Below are positions 47,701-59,026 of a DNA stretch of 64,000 bases, piece by piece. How positions within the stretch are numbered: position 1 is the first letter of the stretch; each line of letters begins with the position of its first letter. Under the pieces are notes generated by a model. That model was not told the origin of the DNA, ran no database searches, and worked only from the letters and a program-made list of their open reading frames with translations. Location of the stretch: the NCBI GenBank assembly GCA_965240325.2, contig OZ251240.1, forward strand, positions 1,364,001 through 1,428,000, given 5' to 3'. Source of the DNA: Rebecca billardiae RCC1528. Its lineage: Eukaryota > Protista > Haptophyta. Both the position numbers and the translations under genes were made by a program.

Positions 47701-47932
47701 CAACATGTCGACCGCGAGTCGCAATCGCGCCTTGCGCACGGCGCCCAAGGACGGCTAAGACGGCGACGAGGTGGGTCTGGGCGGGCTTCCTCCGCCTGCC
47801 GGGACCCGTGCGCCTTGCCCCCGCGCACGAGCGCCGGCCGGCGACCGCTCACGTGGCCGTCAGAATTTTTCCGCGGCGGTCGCCGTGCGTGCACGGGTTA
47901 TCCGCAATCGCCATCGTTCCGGTGCCACTGTG
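44751..47932. mobile_element. 3.2-kb non-autonomous CAC-terminated (CMC/EnSpm-like) DNA transposon
   Basis: TIR CACAGTGGCACCGGAA at 44751-44766 and its reverse complement at 47917-47932, extended by a shared TTGCGGATAA. Flanked by a 2-bp CT duplication. No intact transposase. Confidence 0.78.
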
Positions 47933-48842
47933 CTATACGACTATACGGTTAGTCGCGTATATCATCAGGGTTGATACAGCAGGCAATCGCGGGCACTACT
48001 AGGAGCTGTCACGTTAAGAAATTTAGCTGGGGGGCTTATATTGCTATCTGCGCTGCATGCGGATCTGGACTAGAAACTGAGCCAGACTAACTATACTACT
48101 ACTAGCGATTGGCTACTGGTTCGCTGCTATACGCATAGTCACACTACTAATATATATATAAGATCGAAACCGCGGGACTACGTCGTCCCGGCTGACGAGT
48201 GGTCCGCCGAGGGCGAGGCGCAGTCGGCCCGTCGGGGACGCGGTGCGCGGCCCGACTACGAGTACAGGCCAAGTCCCGACTTCTCCTAATGACCACGTGT
48301 TGACTCCTACCAAGCCCGAGTGCACCGCAGCATCCGTGCAACATCATGCCATCAGCAGATTTGCTCCAAAAAGGCCCAACTACATTTTCTTCGGCCTCAT
48401 CGCCGGCCGGGCCTAAAGACTCAGCGGCCAGCGGGGGGCTCTGCCCCCCCTGCGCCCCCCGCGCCTGCGCGGCGGGCGGACCTAGCTAAGAAACTGAGAC
48501 TCCGTAGGCGCTCGGGCTACCGAACGGCTAAGAAACCGAGACTGCTAGCCGTGAGATCTCTGACATACTTCTTATTGCCCGCGATTGCCTGTATATCATC
48601 ACAGCATGCAATCAGCACAAATAAGTTATTGCTATAATATTTTACGAGTTTACGACCAGTGTCTTGTGACATGACAGTCATCATAGCTAGGCACAGTAGT
48701 GTCATACAGCACTAGTACGACGACTATCTGTTCATTCATCAGCGCCTCAGGCATATTACACGGCCAATAAGCGCATCACATTGTCGTTGCTCGCTGCAGT
48801 GGCATCTTCAAGCAGAGGCCCGGACTTGGCAGCGCGCGTCTA

Positions 48843-48949
48843 CCGGCGGCGCTACCTACCATCGGCGACGGCTTCATGGGCGGTGACTGTTGGCGGGCGT
48901 CAATCTCGCCTGCCTGAGCTGTATGCGTCTCTTATTCTTAGTAAACTGT
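48843..48949. repeat. Dispersed ~100-bp repeat, copy 2
   Basis: Same orientation and near-identical to 2179-2281. Confidence 0.9.
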
Positions 48950-48980
48950 ACGCGACTCAAGATCGTAGTACTGATCCAGC

Positions 48981-50146
48981 ATGGTGGCGCTCCGGCTGAC
49001 GGAGTGCGGCGCGCGCTCGTCGCGCTCGGCGGTGGCGCTCGTCGCGCTCGGCGTGCTCGCCGCGCTCGGCGTGCCCGCGTGCGCGCGCTGCCGCCGGCTC
49101 TCGCTGCGCGCCGCCGCGCCCGCGCGCGCGCGGCCGCGCATGCGCGAGGGCGCGGCGGCGGCCGACGGTTCGGCGCGCGTGCGCGCGCTGCTGCGCGCGC
49201 GCGGCTCGACGGCGCGCCTCGTGCCCGCGGGCGAGCCGGCGGGCGCGCAGCCGATCAAGACGCTCCTCTTCGCCGCGCCGGGCGCGCCCGCCGCCGCGCC
49301 GCCCCTCGCCTTCGCCATCGTGCTCGACGGGAGCCGCGTGGACGAGGGCGCGCTCGCGGCCGCGCTCGGCGTCGCGCGCGTGGCGCTCGCCGAGCGCGGC
49401 GCGGCGGAGCGCGCGAGCGGCTGCGCGATGGGCTCGCTCCCGCCGTGCGCCACGCTCCTCGCGCCGCGCGCGCCCACCGTCGTCGACGCGCGCGTCGCGG
49501 CGTGCGAGCGTCCGCTGATCGGCGGGTGCGGCGCGCCCGAGCACCGGCTTTGGCTGCCGGCGCCGTCGGAGTTGCTCCGCCTTGCGGGCGGCGAGGGCGC
49601 GCGCGTGCTGGTCGCGCCGATCGCGCTGCGCGGCGCCGAGGCGCCCCCGCCCCCGCCGCCCCCGCCGCCACCCGCCACCGCCGCCGCCGCGCCGCTGCCC
49701 GCCCTCGACCTGAGCGCGGGCGCGCGCGTGCAGCTGGCAGGGACGGTGGTCTCGCGCCGCCCGCTCGCGCGCACGCTGTGCTTCGTCACGCTGGTGCCGG
49801 GCGCGGAGGTGCTGCCGGCCGGCGCGGCGCCGGGCGGCGCGCTCGGCGCAGCCGCCGCCGCGCAGCAGCACCACCAGCCCGACGTGCGCGCCGCGCGCCG
49901 GCTGTGGCGCCCCGTGTGCGCTGAGCTGTGCCGCGGCCGCCGCCCGCCGCCTCCGCCGGTCGAGGTCCAGCTCGTGCTGGGGCGCCGGCTGCAGGCGGCG
50001 CTGGGGGCGCAGCGGGCGGAGGGGGACGACGGCGCGGAGGCGCTCGCCGAGCTGATCCGCCGCGTGCGCGTCGGCTCGCGCGTGCTCGCCACCGGCATCC
50101 CCGCCGTGCGCGAGCCCGAGCCCGCAGAGCCGCCCGGCGCCGCGGC

Positions 50147-50190
<44 letters not shown>

Positions 50191-50378
50191 GGCTTTGGGG
50201 CGCGCTGCGCGCGGCGCTGCGCAGGCTGCGCCGGCCGCGCTCGCTGCGCGCGCGGCTCGAGCGCGTGCGGCAGGTGGACGTGCGCTGTGTCGCGCTCGAG
50301 CTGCTGCCGCCGCTGCCGCCACCGCGTGCGCACCCAGCCGCGGCCGCGCCCGCCGCGCCCGCCGCCGCCGCGCCGAGC

Positions 50379-50415
<37 letters not shown>

Positions 50416-52445
50416 TCCGCGCGCCGAGCGCAGACGGCGAGCGCGTGCTGCGGCTGCCGCCCGCGGCCGCGCCCGTGCTGGTGGACGACGCGCGCTCGGC
50501 GCGCCTGCTCGCGGCACAGCTCCACGCGCTGCTCGAGCGCTCGGGCGCGCTCCCCACCCAGACTGGTGCCGCCGCCGCTGCCGCGCCCGCGGGAGATTGC
50601 ATCTCCGTGGAGGGAGCGGGAGATGCCATCTCCGTGGAGGGAGATGCCATCTCCGTGGAGGGGGGTGGCATCTCCCTCGCCACCGCGCCGCCCGCGCTGC
50701 TCGCCGGGATCGACGTCGAGTGGGAGCCCGAGCGCGCGGCGGCGCCGGGGCAGCCGCGGCCGCGCCACCCAGCATCGACGCTGCAGCTGGCGCTGTGCAC
50801 GCCCGCGCACGCGGAGGCGGCGGTGCGCGCGGCCGACGAGAGCGGCCGCTCCGACGCACCGCCGGACCGGCCGGCGCTGTGCGACTGGCCGGCGGGCTCG
50901 CGCGTGGCGGTCATCGACCTGCTGGCGCTGTGGCCGCAGCCGCAGCCGCAGCCGCAGCCGCAGCAGCAGCGGCCGCGCGACGAGGGTTCAGAGCGCGGCG
51001 CGGCCGCCGCCGCCGCCGCCGACGCCGATCACGGCGCCGCCGACGGCGGCGCTGCGGCGGCCGAGCTCGCAGCCGCGGCGTCCGCGCTGGACGAGGCGCT
51101 GCGCGCCGTGCTGACCTCCGCGCGCGTGCTCAAGCTCGGCATCGGCGGCGCCTCCGACCTCGCGCGGCTGCGCCGCTCCTACCCGCGCGCGGCCGCGTTT
51201 GGCGCGTGCGCGCCTCTGCTGGACGTGGCGGAGCTCGCGGCCGCCGCGTGGCCGGGCTCGGGCGCGGCGCGCGCGCGCGGGCTGAGCGCGCTGTGCGCGC
51301 GCGCGCTCGGCGCGCCGCTGGACAAGTCGCTGCAGTGCGCGCACTGGGGCGCGCGCCCGCTCACGCCGCCGATGCTCGAGTACGCCGCGCTCGACGCGCT
51401 GGCCCTGTGCGCGCTGTACGGCGCGCTGCGTCCGCGCCTGCGCGCGCGGCTGGGCGGCGGCGCGGGCGGGGCGGACGCGGCCGCGGCCGCGCTCGAGCGC
51501 GCGTGGCCCGCGCCCGACGCGCCGTCGCTGCCGCCCGCCGTCGCGCGGCGGCGCGCCGACGCCGCGCGGTGGCGCACGGCCCGCGCCGAGCGCGCCCACG
51601 CCGACGGCGCGCCGGCGGCCTCCGCGCCGCCCCTCGCCATCTCCGCGCGCGAGCTGCGCGTGACGGCGTCGCTGCGGCCGCTGCTGCGCACGTGGCTAGG
51701 GCACGCGCCGCCGCGCGCGCGCGAGCAGCACCCGAAGGACGGCGCGCTGCTGCTCGCCGCCTTCCCGCGCGGCGTGTCGCGCGGCGAGGCCGAGGCCGCC
51801 GCCGCCGCCGCGCGCAAGGCGTGGGCGCCGCCGCCCGAGCTCGCGCTCGGCGGCTACGACCGTCGCGGCGGCGTCGTGCGCGTGGCGGACGGCGCGGCCA
51901 TCTTCGTCACGTTTGGCGGAGGCGGCGGCCGGGGCGGCGGCGGCGGCGCGCGGCGCAGGTACCCCAACGAGCTGCGCTGGGTGCGCGCCACCCCCGCCAC
52001 GGAGAGCGACGGCGGCGGCGGCGACGGTGGCGGGGCCGCGCGCGTGCTCGAGCTCAGCTGGTGGCTCCCCGCCGGCGTCGGGCCGGACGACCCTCTGCGC
52101 GCCGCGCTGCTCGGCAGCGGCGCGGCGGGCGCGGCGGAGGGTGCGCGGCGCGAGGCCGGCCCGCCGCCGACCGTGCTGCTCTTCGCGCGCGCCAGCCAGC
52201 GCGGCGGCTTCGTCCTCTGCGGGCGCGTGGCGTTCGAGCGGCCCGCCGGGCTGCCAGGCGCGTGGGACGCGAGCGCGCTCGCCGCCGCCGCGCCGGGCGG
52301 CGTCATCTGGCGGCTGCTCGACAGCGAGGCCCTCGCGCGGTGCGAGGCGGCCGAGGCGCGCAACCTGCTGCGCGTCGCGCTCGGCGAGGCGGCGGCGGAG
52401 CACAATCCGCCAGGCCAGAGCGCCGCACCGCGTGACTCGGCGTGA
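48981..52445 (+). CDS. Multidomain protein: YbaK/ProX-like deacylase + OB-fold + DEDDy 3'-5' exonuclease + DUF3427-like domain
   Basis: 1154-aa ORF. YbaK 'IKTLLF' and 'GCAMGSLPP'; OB-like 'RVQLAGTVVSRRPLARTLCFVTL'; Exo I 'GIDVEW', Exo II 'GGASDL', 'LDKSLQCAHW..RPL', Exo III 'YAALDA'; C-terminal 'AIFVTF..YPNE..LSWWL..VLLFAR..FVLCGRV'. Confidence 0.8.
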
Positions 52446-52693
52446 GCCACGCTGCCCGGCGCGGCATGCCCAAGGTCTGATCGAAGCAGCCTGTCGGCTT
52501 GAGGCACGACGACGACAGCGCAGCATTATTGGCGTCGTCAGCTGACAGCTGATGAGGCCGCGGGCGGCAGCCAGCAGCATCATCCGTGACGTCATCACGT
52601 CGTGTACGTAGTATAGCTATAGTATCGCGTTGCGTTGTCGTCGTCGTCATCATCATGCGCTGCGCATATGACCCGTTGCCGCAAGCGTGCCAT

Positions 52694-55600
52694 CGAGCCG
52701 TCAGTATCCGCACCGCCACGTCTCGCGCACTTCGAAGCCCACCGCGCCCATCCCACCAGCGCACGGGCGCACCAGCGCACGGGCGCACCGGCGCGCCGGG
52801 TGGGCGCACGCCACCAGCCTCAGCTCGGATATGGGCATCGAGGCGCGCCAAGCGCTCGTGTGGCGGAACTTGACGGTACTGGCGGCAGCCATATCGAGCG
52901 CGCTCGAGCCGTGCCCGTGCGAGCCGACGGTATCCGCACCGCCACGTCTCGCGCACTTCGAAGCCCACCGCGCCCATCCCACCAGCGCACGGGCGCACGG
53001 GCGCACGGGCGCACCGGCGCGCCGGGTGGGCGGCGCGCCACCAGCCTCAGCTCGGATATGGGCATCGAGGCGCGCCAAGCGCTCGTCTGGCGGCATTGTG
53101 ACGGTGCTGGCAGCAGCCGTACTCGAGCGCGCTCGAGCCGTGCCCGTGCGAGCCGACGGTATCCGCACCGCCACGTCTCGCGCACTTCGAAGCCGACCGC
53201 GCCCATCCCACCAGCGCACGGGCGCACGGGCGCACGGGCGCACCGGCGCGCCGGGTGGGCGGCGCGCCACCAGCCTCAGCTCGGATATGGGGATCGAGGC
53301 GCGCCAAGCGCTCGTCTGGCGGCATTGTGACGGTGCTGGCAGCAGCCGTACTCGAGCGCGCTCGAGCCGTGCCCGTGCGAGCCGTCGGTATCCGCACCGC
53401 CACGTCTCGCGCACTTCGAAGCCCACCGCGCCCATCCCACCAACGCACGGGCGCACGGGCGCACGGGCGCACCGGCGCGCCGGGTGGGCGGCGCGCCACC
53501 AGCCTCAGCTCGGATATGGGCATCGAGGCGCGCCAAGCGCTCGAGTGGAGGCATTGTGACGTTGCTGGCAGCAGCCGTACTCGAGCGCGCTCGAGCCGTG
53601 CCCGTGCGAGCCGACGGTATCCGCACCGCCACGTCTCGCGCACTTCGAAGCCGACCGCGCCCATCCCACCAGCGCACGGGCGCACGGGCGCACGGGCGCA
53701 CCGGCGCGCCGGGTGGGCGGCGCGCCACCAGCCTCAGCTCGGATATGGGGATCGAGGCGCGCCAAGCGCTCGTCTGGCGGCATTGTGACGGTGCTGGCAG
53801 CAGCCGTACTCGAGCGCGCTCGAGCCGTGCCCGTGCGAGCCGTCGGTATCCGCACCGCCACGTCTCGCGCACTTCGAAGCCCACCGCGCCCATCCCACCA
53901 ACGCACGGGCGCACGGGCGCACGGGCGCACCGGCGCGCCGGGTGGGCGGCGCGCCACCAGCCTCAGCTCGGATATGGGCATCGAGGCGCGCCAAGCGCTC
54001 GAGTGGCGGCATTGTGACGGTGCTGGCAGCAGCCGTACTCGAGCGCGCTCGAGCCGTGCCCGTGCGAGCCGACGGTATCCGCACCGCCACGTCTCGCGCA
54101 CTTCGAAGCCCACCGCGCCCATCCCACCAGCGCACGGGCGCACGGGCGCACGGGCGCACCGGCGCGCCGGGTGGGCGGCGCGCCACCAGCCTCAGCTCGG
54201 ATATGGGCATCGAGGCGCGCCAAGCGCTCGTCTGGCGGCATTGTGACGGTGCTGGCAGCAGCCGTACTCGAGCGCGCTCGAGCCGTGCCCGTGCGAGCCG
54301 TCGGTATCCGCACCGCCACGTCTCGCGCACTTCGAAGCCCACCGCGCCCATCCCACCAGCGCACGGGCGCACGGGCGCACGGGCGCACCGGCGCGCCGGG
54401 TGGGCGGCGCGCCACCAGCCTCAGCTCGGATATGGGGATCGAGGCGCGCCAAGCGCTCGTGTGGCGGAGCTTGACGGTGCTGGCAGCAGCCGTACTCGAG
54501 CGCGCTCGAGCCGTGCCGTGCGAGCCGTCGGTATCCGCACCGCCACGTCTCGCGCACTTCGAAGCCCACCGCGCCCATCCCACCAACGCACGGGCGCACG
54601 GGCGCACGGGCGCACCGGCGCGCCGGGTGGGCGGCGCGCCACCAGCCTCAGCTCGGATATGGGGATCGAGGCGCGCCAAGCGCTCGTGTGGCGGAACTTG
54701 AAACTTGACGATGCTGGCAGCAGCCGTACTCGAGCGCGCTCGGGCCGTGTCCGTGCGAGCCGACGGTATCCGCACCGCCACGTCTCGCGCACTTCGAAGC
54801 CCACCGCGCCCATCCCACCAGCGCACGGGCGCACGGGCGCACCGGCGCACCGGCGCGCCGGGTGGGCGGCGCGCCACCAGCCTCAGCTCGGATATGGGCA
54901 TCGAGGCGCGCCAAGCGCTCGTGTGGCGGAACTTGACGGTGCTGGCGGCAGCCGTACTCGAGCGCGCTCGGGCCGTGTCCGTGCGAGCCGACGGTATCCG
55001 CACCGCCACGTCTCGCGCACTTCGAAGCCCACCGCGCCCATCCCACCAGCGCACGGGCGCACGGGCGCACCGGCGCACCGGCGCGCCGGGTGGGCGGCGC
55101 GCCACTAGCCTCAGCTCGGATATGGGCATCGAGGCGCGCCAAGCGCTCGAGTGGCGGCATTGTGACGGTGCTGGCGGCAGCCGTGTCGAGCGCGCTCGAG
55201 CCGTGCCCGTGCGAGCCGACGGTATCCGCACCGCCACGTCTCGCGCACTTCGAAGCCCACCGCGCCCATCCCACCAGCGCACGGGCGCACGGGCGCACGG
55301 GCGCACCGGCGCGCCGGGTGGGCGGCGCGCCACCAGCCTTAGCTCGGATATGGGCATCGAGGCGCGCCAAGCGCTCGAGTGGCGGCATTGTGACGGTGCT
55401 GGCAGCAGCCGTACTCGAGCGCGCTCGAGCCGTGCCCGTGCGAGCCGACGGTATCCGCACCGCCACGTCTCGCGCACTTCGAAGCCCACCGCGCCCATCC
55501 CACCAGCGCACGGGCGCACGGGCGCACGGGCGCACCGGCGCGCCGGGTGGGCGGCGCGCCACCAGCCTCAGCTCGGATATGGGGATCGAGGCGCGCCAAG

Positions 55601-58191
55601 CGCTCATGTGGCGGAACTTGATGGTGCTGGCGGCAGACGTACTCGAGCGCGCGCGGGCCGTGTCCGTGCGAGCTGACGGTATCCGCACCGCCACGTCTCG
55701 CGCACTTCGAAGCCCACCGCGCCCATCCCACCAGCGCACGGGCGCACGGGCGCACCGGCGCACCGGCGCGCCGGGTGGGCGGCGCGCCACCAGCCTCAGC
55801 TCGGATATGGGCATCGAGGCGCGCCAAGCGCTCGAGTGGCGGCATTGTGACGGTGCTGGCGGCAGCCGTGTCGAGCGCGCTCGAGCCGTGCCCGTGCGAG
55901 CCGTCGGTATCCGCATCGCCACGTCTCGCGCACTTCGAAGCCCACCGCGCCCATCCCACCAGCGCACGGGCGCACGGGCGCACGGGCGCACCGGCGCGCA
56001 GGGTGGGCGGCGCGCCACCAGCCTCAGCTCGGATATGGGCATCGAGGCGCGCCAAGCGCTCGAGTGGCGGCATTGTGACGGTGCTGGCAGCAGCCGTACT
56101 CGAGCGCGCTCGAGCCGTGCCCGTGCGAGCCGACGGTATCCGCACCGCCACGTCTCGCGCACTTCGAAGCCCACCGCGCCCATCCCACCAGCGCACGGGC
56201 GCACCAGCGTACGGGCGCACCGGCGCGCCGGTTGGGCGGCGCGCCACCAGCCTCAGCTCGGACATGGGAATCGAGGCGCGCCAAGCGCTCGTGTGGCGGA
56301 ACTTGACGATGCTGGCAGCAGCGGTACTCGAGCGCGCTCGAGCCGTGCCCGTGCGAGCCGGCGGTATCCGCACCGCCACGTCCCGCGCACTTCGAAGCCC
56401 ACCGCGCCCATCCCACCAGCGCACGGGCGCACGGGCGCACGGGCGCACCGGCGCGCCGGGTGGGCGGCGCGCCACCAGCCTCAGCTCGGATATGGGCATC
56501 GAGGCGCGCCAAGCGCTCGAGTGGCGGCATTGTGACGGTGCTGGCAGCAGCCGTACTCGAGCGCGCTCGAGCCGTGCCCGTGCGAGCCGACGGTATCCGC
56601 ACCGCCACGTCTCGCGCACTTCGAAGCCCACCGCGCCCATCCCACCAGCGCACGGGCGCACGGGCGCACGGGCGCACCGGCGCGCCGGGTGGGCGGCGCG
56701 CCACCAGCCTCAGCTCGGATATGGGGATCGAGGCGCGCCAAGCGCTCGTGTGGCGGAACTTGACGGTGCTAGTGGCGGCCATACTCGAGCGCGCTCAAGC
56801 CGTGCCCGTGCGAGCCGTCGGTATCCGCACCGCCACGTCTCGCGCACTTCGAAGCCCACCGCGCCCATCCCACCAGCGCACGGGCGCACCAGCGTACGGG
56901 CGCACCGGCGCGCCGGTTGGGCGGCGCGCCACCAGCCTCAGCTCGGATATGGGCATCGAGGCGCGCCAAGCGCTCGTGTGGCGGAACTTGACGGTGCTAG
57001 TGGCGGCCATACTCGAGCGCGCTCAAGCCGTGCCCTTGCGAGCCGTCGGTATCCGCACCGCCACGTCTCGCGCACTTCGAAGCCCACCGCGCCCATCCCA
57101 CCAGCGCACGGGCGCACGGGCGCACGGGCGCACCGGCGCGCCGGGTGGGCGGCGCGCCACCAGCCTCAGCTCGGATATGGGCATCGAGGCGCGCCAAGCG
57201 CTCGTGTAGCGGAGCTTGACGGTGCTGGCAGCAGCCGTACTCGAGCGCGCTCGAGCCGTGCCCGTGCGAGCCGTCGGTATCCGCACCGCCACGTCTCGCG
57301 CACTTCGAAGCCCACCGCGCCCATCCCACCAGCGCACGGGCGCACGGGCGCACGGGCGCACCGGCGCGCCGGGTGGGCGGCGCGCCACCAGCCTCAGCTC
57401 GGATATGGGAATCGAGGCGCGTCAAGCGCTCGTGTGGCGGAACTTGACGGTGCTGGCAGCAGCCGTACTCGAGCGCGCTCGAGCCGTGCCCGTGCGAGCC
57501 GACGGTATCCGCACCGCCACGTCTCGCGCACTTCGAAGCCCACCGCGCCCATCCCACTGGCAGCGCACGGGCGCACCAGCGCACGGGCGCACGGGCGCAC
57601 GGGCGCACCGGCGCGCCGGGTGGGCGGCGCGCCACCAGCCTCAGCTCGGATATGGGCATCGAGGCGCGCCAAGCGCTCGAGTGGCGGCATTGTGACGGTG
57701 CTGGCAGCAGCCGTACTCGAGCGCGCTCGAGCAGTGCCCGTGCGAGCCGACGGTATCCGCACCGCCACGTCTCGCGCACTTCGAAGCCCACCGCGCCCAT
57801 CCCACCAGCGCACGGGCGCACGGGCGCACGGGCGCACCGGCGCGCCGGGTGGGCGGCGCGCCACCAGCCTCAGCTCGAATATGGGGATCGAGGCGCGCCA
57901 AGCGCTCGAGTGGCGGAACTTGACGGTGCTGGCAGCAGCCGTACTCGAGCGCGCTCGGGCCGTGCCCGTGCGAGCCGTCGGTATCCGCACCGCCACGTCT
58001 CGCGCACTTCGAAGCCCACCGCGCCCATCCCACCAGCGCACGGGCGCACGGGCGCACGGGCGCACCGGCGCGCCGGGTGGGCGGCGCGCCACCAGCCTCA
58101 GCTCGGATATGGGCATCGAGGCGCGCCAAGCGCTCGGTTGGCGGCATTGTGACGGTGCTGGCAGCAGCCGTACTCGAGCGCGCTCGAGCCG
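52694..58191 (+). repeat. 229-bp tandem satellite array (~24 units)
   Basis: CTCAGCTCGGATATGGG recurs about every 229 nt (range about 227-247) from about 52820 to 58100. The unit contains (GCGCACGG)3-4 and the palindrome CTCGAGCGCGCTCGAG. Confidence 0.97.
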
Positions 58192-59026
58192 CCGTGAAAA
58201 CGGCGTCCGCGGGGCCAAATCCGGCCTGAGCCGCGACAATCATCGAGCACGCGGAGTTCTGATCCGCCACGCGTTGGCACGCTTGGCACCACGATGTGCA
58301 AGCGCTTGGTCTCAACCGAGCACCGCCACACGGAACTTCCTCGCCCGCCACTTCGATTAGCATCATCTTTGCTCGATCTTTGTCAGCTCGTCGGAAGCGA
58401 AGATGGGCGCTCACTGACACGCTCACGCCCCCGAAGCAGAGGGAGAGCGAGACGCGCACGCGTGTCCGAGAGAGCAGAGGGCAAGAGCAGCAGCAGGGCG
58501 AGTGTCGATCAGCGCCCCTCCGGCGCTTTCGTCCGAGCAGCTGCTGTAGTTCGTACCGTTCGTAGGGAGCTACTCCGTACTCAGGCTCCGCCAGCATCAC
58601 GAGGGGGTGCATGACCGGGCTGTATATGCGCGATAGCTTGCCTGGAGCGAACGCATGGATCATCAGACTGCCTCGAGCGGTTTATAGGGCATCGGTAGTC
58701 TGATGGGTCCGCCGCTACGACCTCGGTCCCGTGGCTCATCATCAGCACGCAGATCGTACATGTCGTATCGGAGCTCCGGCGGGGCCCGGTGCACTGTATG
58801 TTCGTGGCGTCGCGCCAGCAGCACGCTCGTCGAAAGCGATGCAAGGGGGCGGGTGGGTCAGATATATACGGCATCGCCTGGTGGCACCTAAAATTGGCGA
58901 TGGGCGGTCGGGCCGTGCCTGCGCTGCTGCGCGGGGCCTCGAGCGCCAGTGCTGGCGAGGCGTGGCGTGCTGTGCGAGCCCGCGGCTGCGCTCGACTGCA
59001 GCACAGCACGGGGCCAGCCAGGTGCC

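Noticed and set aside
52682-58285. 11-bp inverted repeat CAAGCGTGCCA flanking the 229-bp array as transposon ends
   Set aside because: It is short, has no flanking target duplication and is not at a sharp boundary on the right side, so it may be chance.
52635-58663. Long ORFs (up to 861 aa) across the 229-bp array, or a CRISPR-like array
   Set aside because: The translations cycle through frames, and the units are fully repeated with no unique spacers. There are no cas genes and the context is eukaryotic.
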